From NCBI GenBank assembly GCA_038919385.1, contig JBCKZH010000002.1, forward strand, positions 6,868 to 70,867: DNA of 64,000 bases. Direction: 5' to 3'. Shown in pieces: positions 19,374-27,745 of this stretch. The notes under the pieces were generated by a model, which had not been told where the DNA came from, did no database searches, and worked only from the letters and a program-made list of their open reading frames with translations. The position numbers and the translations under genes were made by a program. The DNA is from Vicinamibacterales bacterium (GTDB lineage Bacteria; Acidobacteriota; Vicinamibacteria; Vicinamibacterales; UBA2999). Position 1 is the first letter of the stretch. Every line of letters begins with the position of its first letter.

Positions 19374-20075
19374 ATGGACTTGATGAAGCCACTCACGATC
19401 GCCCTTATGGCTCTGGTTGTTCTGACTACCACCGCCAATGCTCAGGTGACCGCACCAGAACCGCCCACGGTGGTGGTGTCAGGCGAAGGCGTTGTTACGG
19501 CCGTGCCCGATCAGGCGTGGATTCGGATTGGCGCCGAGAACCGTTCCAAGGTCTCGAAGGATGCCCAGGCGCGCAACGCCGAGGCGATGACCGCGGTGCA
19601 GCAGAAGATGACGGCGCTCGGCATTCCCAAGGACGCCGTGCGCACGCTCGCCATCGATCTGCAGATGGAATACGACTACGCCAACGGGCGGCAGACGCCG
19701 CGTGGCTACGTGGCGCGCAACACGATTGAGGTGCGGGTCGACGATTTCGCGAAGCTCGGCGACGTGCTGGATGCGGCCGTCGGATCCGGCGCGACCAATC
19801 TCCATGGCCTGCGCTTCGACGTGAAGCGCCGCGAGGCGCTCGAGCGCGAGGCCCTGCAACTGGCGGTGGTGAATGCGATGGGCCGCGCCGAGGCGCTGGC
19901 CTCAGGCGCGAAGCGCACCATCGATCGCGTGATTCGCATCGAGGAGTCGTCGGTCGGCCGCGGCGAGATGCCGGTGATGGCCATGCGCATGAAGGCCGAG
20001 GACGCGAGCACGCCGGTGGCGGCCGGAGAGTTGGAGATTCGCGCGCAGGTCAGACTGACGGCGTCGATCAAATAA
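19374..20075 (+). CDS. SIMPL/DUF541 periplasmic protein
   Basis: Signal peptide; VVVSGEGVVTAVPDQAWIRIG...; overall pattern of the BP26-like family. Confidence 0.85.
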   Translation: MDLMKPLTIALMALVVLTTTANAQVTAPEPPTVVVSGEGVVTAVPDQAWIRIGAENRSKVSKDAQARNAEAMTAVQQKMTALGIPKDAVRTLAIDLQMEYDYANGRQTPRGYVARNTIEVRVDDFAKLGDVLDAAVGSGATNLHGLRFDVKRREALEREALQLAVVNAMGRAEALASGAKRTIDRVIRIEESSVGRGEMPVMAMRMKAEDASTPVAAGELEIRAQVRLTASIK

Positions 20076-20130
20076 GTGAACCTGCTCCTCTTTTACGGTT
20101 TGCGTAAATGTGAAGCAGGTTCACTTTTCC
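20076..20130 (+). terminator. hairpin (11-bp perfect stem, 27-nt loop) followed by TTTT; possible terminator or deletion scar
   Basis: GTGAACCTGCT-n27-AGCAGGTTCAC-TTTTCC, immediately after the SIMPL stop; the right arm overlaps the stop of the truncated alkA-like gene. Confidence 0.45.
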
Positions 20131-20597
20131 AGGCTCGCCCACAAGTACCAGGCCCTGAACATCAGGTAGATCTCCGCCGTCCACCGCCCGATGCCTTTCA
20201 CGGCGACCAGTTGACGCATCACTTCCTCATCCGGATGCTTCTTCAGCCCCTTGAGGTCGAGACGCCCGTCGAGCACGTGCGCGGCGAGGTCCCGGATGAA
20301 CGCGACCTTGGGCCGCGAAAAGCCGACGCCGCGTATCTGGTCGTCGGTCAGCGTCATCACACGCTCAGGGGTGGGCCGGCCGTGGGGTGGGAACAGGGCG
20401 CAGAAACGGCCGAAGATCGTCGCGGCCGCTTTTGTGGACAACTGCTGCGAGGCAATCGACATGGTGAGGGCCTCGAACGGCTCGCGGGGTGCAGCACTGT
20501 GCAGTCCGCATGGGCCGACGCGCTTGATGATGGCGCCCAGCTTCGGATCGGCCTTCATCAGGTGACGACGGGCGGCAGAGTAGTCAGGCTTCGACAC
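20121..20597 (-). pseudogene. HhH-GPD DNA glycosylase (AlkA-like), 3'-truncated
   Basis: VKGIGRWTAEIYLMF HhH motif is present, but homology ends there (then RAWYLWASLEK-stop); the segment that carries the catalytic Asp is missing. Confidence 0.65.
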
Positions 20598-20615
20598 GGA
20601 TCAGGCAGATTATGT

Positions 20616-20644
20616 CCGCAAGCCGCAAGTCGCGGGCCTCAAGC
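20616..20644 (+). repeat. CAAGCCG heptamer-family array
   Basis: ccgcaagccgcaagtcgcgggcctcaagc between divergent genes. Confidence 0.7.
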
Positions 20645-20686
20645 AATAGGCATTTGTAGTTAGAATTGAGACCGGTTAAGTCGGAT

Positions 20687-21640
20687 ATGGCGAGTCCCAC
20701 CATCACGTCGAGCGTGAGTTTGTCGATCCTTGAGCTGGTCGGCGAGACGCCGCTCGTCCGCTTGCGCCGCATCGAGCGCGACCTGCCAGGGGTGGAGCTC
20801 TACGCCAAGGCGGAATGGAAGAACCCCGGCGGGTCGGTCAAGGATCGACCGGCGCTGCGCATGGTGCTGGAGGGGATCTCGGCGGGCCAGCTCGGAGTGG
20901 GCAAGACCATTCTCGACGCGACCTCTGGCAACACCGGCATTGCCTACGCGATGATTGGCGCCGCGCTCGGGTTCAAGGTCACGTTGTGCGTGCCCGAGAA
21001 CGTGACGCCGGAGCGCAAGCGCATCCTGCGCGCATATGGGGCGGAGATGGTGTTCACGAATCCGCTCGAAGGTTCTGACGGCGCCATCCGCATGGCGCAG
21101 CAGATGAACGACGCGACGCCGGAGCGGTTCTTCTACGCCGATCAATACAACAACGACTTCAACTGGAAGGCGCACTACGACACGACCGGCCCGGAGATCA
21201 TCCAGCAGGTCGGCGCGCGTCTCACCCACTTCGTGGCCGGGCTCGGCACCAGCGGCACGTTTGTCGGCACCGGCCGGCGGCTGCGTGAGTTCAATCCGGA
21301 CATCGTGCTGGCCTCCGTGCAACCCGACTCGCCGCTGCACGGGATCGAGGGCCTGAAGCATATGGAGTCGGCGCTCGTACCCGGCATCTACGATCCGTTG
21401 CTGGCGGATGAGGATGTGCGGGTCGGCACCGAAGAGGCCTACGACATGACGCGGCGTCTGGCGCAAGAGGAAGGCCTGCTGGTGGGCATCTCGAGCGGCG
21501 CCAATCTGGTGGGCGCCCTCAAAGTGGCCCGTCCCGACTCGGTGGTGGTCGTCGTGTTTTGCGACGGCGGCGAGCGGTACTTGTCAGAGCGCTTTTGGGA
21601 GAATCCACCCGAAGGCGCCTCGATTTGCGGAACCAACTGA
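20687..21640 (+). CDS. cysM: cysteine synthase, CysM type (sulfur-carrier-dependent)
   Basis: GETPLVRL...KAEWKNPGGSVKDRPA...TSGNTGIAYA; its genomic context includes mec and cysO. Confidence 0.85.
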   Translation: MASPTITSSVSLSILELVGETPLVRLRRIERDLPGVELYAKAEWKNPGGSVKDRPALRMVLEGISAGQLGVGKTILDATSGNTGIAYAMIGAALGFKVTLCVPENVTPERKRILRAYGAEMVFTNPLEGSDGAIRMAQQMNDATPERFFYADQYNNDFNWKAHYDTTGPEIIQQVGARLTHFVAGLGTSGTFVGTGRRLREFNPDIVLASVQPDSPLHGIEGLKHMESALVPGIYDPLLADEDVRVGTEEAYDMTRRLAQEEGLLVGISSGANLVGALKVARPDSVVVVVFCDGGERYLSERFWENPPEGASICGTN

Positions 21641-22056
21641 TGGCCGGCCTGGTGTTCCAGCCGGCCGTCGACGCGGCCATTCGCGCGCATGGCCGGGAGA
21701 CCTTTCCGCACGAATGCTGTGGCGCCCTCTTGGGCCGCGACGGCGTCGTGCACGAAGCGCACGGGTTGGCAAACACCACCGATCAAGGCCCGCGCCGGCG
21801 CTTTCTGGTGAGGCCCGACGATTACCGCGGCGCCGAGACACGGGCCCGCGAGACCGGGCTCGACCTGCTCGGCTTTTACCACTCACACCCCGACCACCCG
21901 GCGCGGCCCTCGCAGTACGACCTCGACCACGCGTGGCCGTCGTTCTCGTACGTGATCGTATCGGTCATGGCGGGCGAAGACAAACTGCTCACGTCGTGGC
22001 GGCTCAAGGAAGACCGCTCGGCTTTTGACGAAGAACCTGTAGGGATAACCGAATGA
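21640..22056 (+). CDS. mec: JAMM/MPN+ metalloprotease (Mec type)
   Basis: HECCGALLG and HSHPDHPARPSQYD JAMM motifs; TGATG coupling with cysM. Confidence 0.85.
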   Translation: MAGLVFQPAVDAAIRAHGRETFPHECCGALLGRDGVVHEAHGLANTTDQGPRRRFLVRPDDYRGAETRARETGLDLLGFYHSHPDHPARPSQYDLDHAWPSFSYVIVSVMAGEDKLLTSWRLKEDRSAFDEEPVGITE

Positions 22057-23501
22057 TCAAGATTCTGATTCCGACGCCGCTGCGCCCGTTCACGGACAAG
22101 CTCGAGACCGTGGAAGTGGCAGGCGCAACGGTCGGCGAGTTGCTGCAGAACCTCACCACCAAGTACGCAGGCCTGAAGCAGCACCTCTACGCGGCCGACG
22201 GCAAGCTGCGCAGCTTCGTCAACGTGTATGTCAACGATGACGACATCCGCTACTTACAGAAGGGCCAGACGCCGGTGAAGGCCGGGGACACCGTGAGCAT
22301 CATCCCGTCGGTCGCGGGCGGCAGTCCCGCGACAGTCGAGGCCCTGCCGGAATTGTCGGGCGATGAAATCAAGCGCTACAGCCGTCACCTGATCATGCCC
22401 GAGGTGGGCGTCGAGGGTCAGCGCAAGCTGAAAGCGGCCAAGGTGTTGTGCATCGGCGCCGGCGGCCTCGGCTCGCCCGCGGCCATGTACCTTGCCGCCG
22501 CCGGTGTCGGCACGATCGGCATCGTCGATTTCGACGTGGTGGACTTCAGCAACCTGCAGCGCCAGTTGCTTCACGGCACGCCTGATGTCGGCCGTCCGAA
22601 GCTCGATTCAGCGAGGGATCGGCTGAATGCGCTCAACCCCAATGTGCAGATCGAGACCTACGACACCGCGCTCAGTTCCGAGAATGCGATGAGGCTGTTG
22701 GCGCCATACGACGTGATTCTCGACGGCACCGATAATTTCCCGACGCGATACCTGGTGAACGACGCCTGTGTGCTGAGCGGCAAGCCCAATGCCTACGGCA
22801 GCATCTTCCGGTTCGAGGGGCAGGCGTCGGTGTTCGCGACCAAGGATGGTCCGTGCTACCGCTGCCTCTATCCCGAGCCACCGCCGCCAGGCCTGGTGCC
22901 CAGCTGCGCCGAAGGCGGGGTGTTCGGCGTGCTCCCTGGCATCATCGGCGTGATTCAGGCGACCGAGACGATCAAGTTGATTCTCGGCATCGGCGAGCCG
23001 CTGATTGGCCGCTTCATGATCTACGACGCGCTACGCATGCGCTTCCGCGAGTTGAAGCTGCGCAAGGATGCCGACTGCCCGGTGTGCGGCACGCACCCGA
23101 CGGTCACCAAGCTGATCGACTATGAGCAGTTCTGCGGCGTGGCGCCGCACCAGGTCGAGGCCGCCAAGGCGCCGGTGACGGTCGCCGACGCGCTCACGTC
23201 CCGCGAACTGAAGACGGAACTCGACCGCGGCGACCAGCTCGTGATCCTCGACGTGCGGGAGCCCCAGGAGTACCAGATCAACAAGATTCCCGGCTCGGTT
23301 CTGATTCCACTCGGGGACCTGCCCAAGCGCTACGTCGAGCTGGACCCGAACGCCGCGATTGTGTCGCAATGCAAGTCGGGGATGCGCAGCGCGAAGGCAC
23401 AGGAGTTCCTGCGCTCGAAAGGGTTTACGAACGTTCGGAACCTCACCGGCGGCATTCTCGGCTGGATTGATCAGGTCGATTCAAGCCAGCCCAAGTACTA
23501 A
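22053..23501 (+). CDS. fusion protein: CysO-like ubiquitin-fold sulfur carrier ending in GG, joined to a MoeZ-type E1-like adenylyltransferase and a rhodanese domain
   Basis: Residues 1-90 resemble CysO (IPTPLRPFT...FVNVYVNDDDIRY...SIIPSVAGG); then SP-ATVEALPELSGDEIKRYSRHL...GAGGLGSP...CxxC pairs; C-terminal rhodanese (CKSGMRS). Confidence 0.85.
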   Translation: MIKILIPTPLRPFTDKLETVEVAGATVGELLQNLTTKYAGLKQHLYAADGKLRSFVNVYVNDDDIRYLQKGQTPVKAGDTVSIIPSVAGGSPATVEALPELSGDEIKRYSRHLIMPEVGVEGQRKLKAAKVLCIGAGGLGSPAAMYLAAAGVGTIGIVDFDVVDFSNLQRQLLHGTPDVGRPKLDSARDRLNALNPNVQIETYDTALSSENAMRLLAPYDVILDGTDNFPTRYLVNDACVLSGKPNAYGSIFRFEGQASVFATKDGPCYRCLYPEPPPPGLVPSCAEGGVFGVLPGIIGVIQATETIKLILGIGEPLIGRFMIYDALRMRFRELKLRKDADCPVCGTHPTVTKLIDYEQFCGVAPHQVEAAKAPVTVADALTSRELKTELDRGDQLVILDVREPQEYQINKIPGSVLIPLGDLPKRYVELDPNAAIVSQCKSGMRSAKAQEFLRSKGFTNVRNLTGGILGWIDQVDSSQPKY

Positions 23502-23576
23502 CCAGGCCGCGCGTCAGGTGATCGAGGACGCGGGCGATGGTCGGGGATGGCCCTGAGCCGGCACTATAGTGTAGCC

Positions 23577-24794
23577 ATGTCTCCCACACGCCGTGACGTG
23601 CTGACCGCCGCCATCGCCCTGTCGATTGCACCCCTCCAAGCCGGCGCCGGTTCTCAGGGCGCGGCCACACCGCCGCCCTCGCCGGCGCCGCCGCCGGTCG
23701 GCTTCGACCCGTGGCTCGAAGTCAACGCCGCGAATCTGGCGCACAACGTGAGCGAAGTGGCGCGCGTCGCGAAGGGCCAGCCGATTCTGGCCGTCGTCAA
23801 GAACAACGGCTACGGCTTAGGCGTCACGACCGTGGCCCGGCTGCTCGAGCCGATGCCGGTCGTCGACGGCTTCGCGGTGGTGAAGCTGCACGAGGCGCAC
23901 GCGCTGCGTGACGCCGGCATTCGCAAGCCCATCCTGCTGATGGGGCCGCTACAGGAGAGCGAGCTCGCCGACGTCCACAAGCGCGGGATCACGCCGATGG
24001 TCTACACGCCGGTCGGTGCGTCGCTCGAGCGAGCCGCGGCCGCGAACGGCAGACCCTGTCCCATCCACATCAAGATCGACACGGGCATGGGACGCGTGGG
24101 CGTCCCCTACACGCAGGCGGAACCGCTGATCCGCGACCTGGCGAGTCGTAAGGGCGTGCGCATCGACGGCGTAATGATGGGTTTTACCGAGGACTTCGAG
24201 TTCGACCGCGAGCAACTGCGCCGCTTCGAGGCGCTCACCGGAAAACTCAGGGCCGACGGCGTCCCGATCGGCCGCCGCCACGCCGCATCGAGCTACACCT
24301 TCTTCCAGCATCCCGACGTCCGGCTCGACATGGTGCGACCGGGGCTGGCGCTCTGGGGTGTCTATCCCGAGCAGGCCTTCCGCTCGCAGGGAACACTCGA
24401 CCTGAGGCCAGCGATGGCGCTTCGTGCCCGGGTGGCGTACGTCAAGAAGCTCGAGGCGGGGTCGAGCGCCGGCTATAACCGGGCCTTCATGGCTACCACG
24501 CCCACCTGAGTGGCGACTGTGCCGGTGGGCCACGCCGACGGCTGGCCCCGCGAGGCCGCCAAGGGCGCGACGGTGAAGATCCGAGGACGCGCCTTCCCGG
24601 TGGTCGCCTCGATCTCGGCCAGCCACACGATCGTGAACCTCGGCCCGGAGACGTCGGTCCAGGCCGGCGACATCGCGACGTGCTTCGACTGGGAGACCGG
24701 GTCACGTCCCGAGGACGTGGCGGCCGCCTGCGGCGCGTCGGTCTACGACCTCACGATGCACCTCGGTGGACACCTGACAAAACGAGTGGTCTAG
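23577..24794 (+). pseudogene. Tat-signal alanine-racemase-family protein interrupted by an in-frame TGA at 24507-24509
   Basis: MSPTRRDVLTAAIALS twin-Arg signal; AVVKNNGYGLG PLP-Lys motif; ...ATTPT-TGA-VATVPVGHADGWP; the paralog has Arg at the stop position. Confidence 0.8.
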
Positions 24795-24900
24795 CTGCCC
24801 TTGAACCGCACCTTGCCCCGTGTTCGACAGCTCGCGTGGGAGACCGTCGAAGAACCCGACGTGCAGCATCCCGATGGTCATGGGCTTGGGCGTATACGTA

Positions 24901-24954
24901 TTTCGGACCAAAACGACTTGCGTGCAGTCCGAAAAATGTGTACAAATATCGGAC
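24901..24954 (+). promoter_or_regulatory. inverted/direct TTTCGGAC half-sites upstream of abiEi (possible autoregulatory operator)
   Basis: TTTCGGAC-n18-GTCCGAAA, then ATCGGAC just before the GTG start. Confidence 0.35.
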
Positions 24955-25668
24955 GTGGGTGACCTGAAGCAACTCGTCGCCGATCGCATTACCAGCGGGG
25001 ATCCAGCCCAGGTGTGGACACCCTTCGATTTCCTCGATCTGGGTAACCGCCACGCGGTGGACAAGGCCCTCCAGCGCCTAGTCCACACGGGTCGGCTCCG
25101 CCGGACCGACCGCGGGCTGTACGACACTCCCAGGGTTAACAGTCTGACGAAGCGCCCGGCCGTGGCCGACTATCGACAGATCGTCGACGCACTCGCGCGA
25201 CGCGGCCAATTCCGCATGCTGGTCGATGGCTTGACCGCCGCGAACGACCTTGGTCTGACGACCGCCGTACCGGCGAAAGTGGTGATCCATACCGACGCGC
25301 GCCGACGAGCGATCCAACTCGATAAACTGACTATCGACTTCAAGCGGACGGCGCCAAGCAAGCTGTACTGGGCCGGTCGTCCTGCCATGCGCATTGTGCA
25401 AGCGCTCCATTGGCTCAAGGACACCCTGCCAAGCGACCGCGACCGCATCCTCAGCCGACTCGCCGTCATTCTCGCCGACCGCCGTCACGGGAAGAAACTG
25501 CGTGACGATCTTCGCGCGGGCCTGGCCACCCTGCCTGCATGGATGCAGAGTCTCGTGCGCGAGCTGCTCGATGTCGAACCTGACCGTTCAATCGCGTCGC
25601 GTGCGAATCAAAGCGCCCGTCAGCGTCGCCAGCGGCCCACCCGGCCTGTCGTGGCTGCGCGGCCATGA
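24955..25668 (+). CDS. abiEi: AbiEi-family antitoxin/transcriptional regulator
   Basis: GTG start; FDFLDLGNRHAVDKALQRLVHTGRLRRTDRGLYDTP winged-helix block; 4-nt overlap with the downstream gene. Confidence 0.75.
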   Translation: MGDLKQLVADRITSGDPAQVWTPFDFLDLGNRHAVDKALQRLVHTGRLRRTDRGLYDTPRVNSLTKRPAVADYRQIVDALARRGQFRMLVDGLTAANDLGLTTAVPAKVVIHTDARRRAIQLDKLTIDFKRTAPSKLYWAGRPAMRIVQALHWLKDTLPSDRDRILSRLAVILADRRHGKKLRDDLRAGLATLPAWMQSLVRELLDVEPDRSIASRANQSARQRRQRPTRPVVAARP

Positions 25669-26147
25669 TGAACCCGGCCTACAACCAGGTCATCGCCGCA
25701 AGCGATGCTGAACGGCTGGAAGTCTTCCTGGCCGCAGCCGGCCGCCTGGGTACGGCGGTCGAAAATATTTTGCACGGCCTGCGCACCTGGCACGACCGAC
25801 GCGGGCAACTACGTCATGGTGGTCAACGCGTGTCGCGTCACTACTACGACATCGCCCGGCTGCTGCAATCACCACTGGGCGCAACGGCCGTGACAGACCG
25901 CGATCTTGCCATCGACTGCGCGCGGCACGCGCGAATGTTCTTCAATAGCCCCGACTTCGATCTGGACCACGCCGTCCCCGGAACGTTGACGCTGACACCG
26001 TCAGCCGCGATGTTGGAACCCCTTCAACGCGACTACGACGCGATGGCCGGCATGATTATGGGCGTCGCTCCACCTTTCGGCGATGTCATGGATGCGGTCG
26101 CGGCACTCGAGCGACAACTCAACGGAAGTGATGGCCCTCAAGCATGA
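25665..26147 (+). pseudogene. abiEii: AbiEii nucleotidyltransferase toxin with an in-frame internal deletion of the catalytic core
   Basis: The N-terminal ERLEVFLAAAGRLGTAVENI and the late RHYYDIARLL blocks are present; only 160 aa; the expected NTase segment between them is absent. Confidence 0.7.
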
Positions 26148-26545
26148 GCCATGTCATCTCCTCGACAGCCGACAAATCCCGCATTCCCGTAATCGACCTG
26201 TTCGCTGGACCGGGTGGCCTTGGAGAGGGATTCAGTGCGCTTTGTGATGACCGCGATCGCCGCGTGTTCCGAGTGGCGTTGTCAATCGAGAAGGAGGCGC
26301 ACGCGCACAAAACTCTTTTGTTGCGCGCCTTCTTCCGCCGGTTCACATCCTCGCAGGTTCCCGAGGACTATTACAGCCTGCTACGCGGCGAACTGACCCG
26401 TGAAGCCCTTTTCGGCAACCACAAGAAGTCGGCCGAGGCCGCCGGGTTGGAAGCGTGGCATGCGGAACTCGGAGTGACGCCAGATCACGACATCAAGAAG
26501 CAGGCCGTCTCGCCCGCAAACCGCGGGAACGACGTGAACACGTAG
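26144..26545 (+). pseudogene. dcm: DNA (cytosine-5)-methyltransferase, 5' fragment only
   Basis: Motif I VIDLFAGPGGLGEGF; homology stops after ~120 codons; no PCQ or ENV motifs. Confidence 0.75.
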
Positions 26546-26810
26546 CGGTCGGCGTCCTGGGTGAGCAGTGCGGTGTGCGGAAACATGTACGGCACGCGTC
26601 GGTTCATCGCCAGCGGCGCGATGCGCACGGCGGCCGGTCCGCCCATGTTGAACAGGAGGAACACGCCGTCGTCGATTAGGGGCGCCTCGCGTTGGCCAGC
26701 GATTCGTCGGCTGCCGCGCCGCCGCTGCGCGGGCAGCCCCTGGCTTCGAGGCGACGACCGTGAATACCGCCGCGCGCGTTGACGTCGGGCAACAGTCGCG
26801 GCGCGCATGG

Positions 26811-27719
26811 CTACGGCGTCAGCCCCGGCTCGTACTCCCCGATGAACTCCATGATTGCCGAGGCTTCGACCATGTCTTTCGCGCGAAAGCGGATGGAGTG
26901 GGCGCTCGTCCGCTCGAACATCGGCAGGTAGGCGAGCACCTCGACGGGCCGATAGTGCTTGAAGCTCACGTCCACCGTCACGGGTCCGGCGGCGAGGCGA
27001 TACGGCTTGAACGCCGCCCGCCGGGCCAGCGCCGCCTTGACCTGACGCCCGATCAGATCGGCGGACGCTTGCGGCGTGAGGGTGATCGCCGAATGAAAGC
27101 CCAGGCTCTTCTTGGTCTCGGCCGCCTCGATGTTGCCGATGACGGCCCGGACCTCCGCAATCGCCGCGTCGTCGCCCGACATCATCACCACCGGTACGTT
27201 GAAGTGCCCCGCGATGGCCGCGTTCCACGAGCCCTCGGTCATCTCGACGCCGTTAAGCGCCACACGCGTGAGGGTTGCGCTCGAAAACGTGTGGGCGCGC
27301 ACGCCGGTGGTGCTGGTGGTAGAGGCGTGGTAGCCGATGAAGATCGCGGCGTCGAAGGTGGCGTCCACACCGGCCATCATCGTCAACGGCCGCGGCCACG
27401 AGCGCACGATGCGGATGTCCGGAGGGAACTGCTCGATCAGCAGGTTCTCGCCGTTGCCGTGGGAATCGGCCACCACGATCTCGGTAGCGCCCGCCTCCTT
27501 CGCGGCCGTGACCGCCGCCATCGCCTCGCGCGTCATGAACTCGCGAAAGCGGCCGTACTCGAACCCGGTGGGTCCGAGCTGATCGCCGGTCACGACGCCG
27601 GCCACGCCTTCCATGTCCACCGAGATGTGGACCTTGAGTTTCGGAGCCTGGGCCCCCGGGGACGCCGGCACGGTCGCCACGGCGGCGACGACGGCGAGCG
27701 TGAGGATCGAGCGATGCAT
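26811..27719 (-). CDS. dppA: D-aminopeptidase DppA (peptidase M55), with a signal peptide
   Basis: KVHISVDMEGVAGV...VVADSHGNG...GYHASTTS. Confidence 0.85.
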   Translation of the reverse strand: MHRSILTLAVVAAVATVPASPGAQAPKLKVHISVDMEGVAGVVTGDQLGPTGFEYGRFREFMTREAMAAVTAAKEAGATEIVVADSHGNGENLLIEQFPPDIRIVRSWPRPLTMMAGVDATFDAAIFIGYHASTTSTTGVRAHTFSSATLTRVALNGVEMTEGSWNAAIAGHFNVPVVMMSGDDAAIAEVRAVIGNIEAAETKKSLGFHSAITLTPQASADLIGRQVKAALARRAAFKPYRLAAGPVTVDVSFKHYRPVEVLAYLPMFERTSAHSIRFRAKDMVEASAIMEFIGEYEPGLTP

Positions 27720-27745
27720 GGAGACTCCTTTGTGAGGGCGAGGCG

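Noticed and set aside
10758-24509. Possibility that TGA is globally reassigned, since two genes carry in-frame TGA
   Set aside because: Many well-supported genes here terminate at TGA, often in TGATG or ATGA overlaps with the next start (cysM/mec, sufD/sufS, sufU/sufT, peptidase/ahpD). TGA is therefore a normal stop. The two cases must be explained individually.
24507-24509. Selenocysteine at the in-frame TGA of the racemase-family gene
   Set aside because: The intact paralog and the family consensus have Arg, not Cys, at this column. The position is not a redox site, and only a weak 5-bp hairpin follows. A CGA-to-TGA nonsense change or a sequence error is the simpler explanation.
26546-26810. 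Minus-strand reading frame ...LIDDGVFLLFNMGGPAAVRIAPLAMNRRVPYMFPHTALLTQDADRYVFTSFPR downstream of dppA
   Set aside because: It looks protein-like and may be another gene fragment. I cannot assign it to a family or define a start, so it is not reported as a feature.
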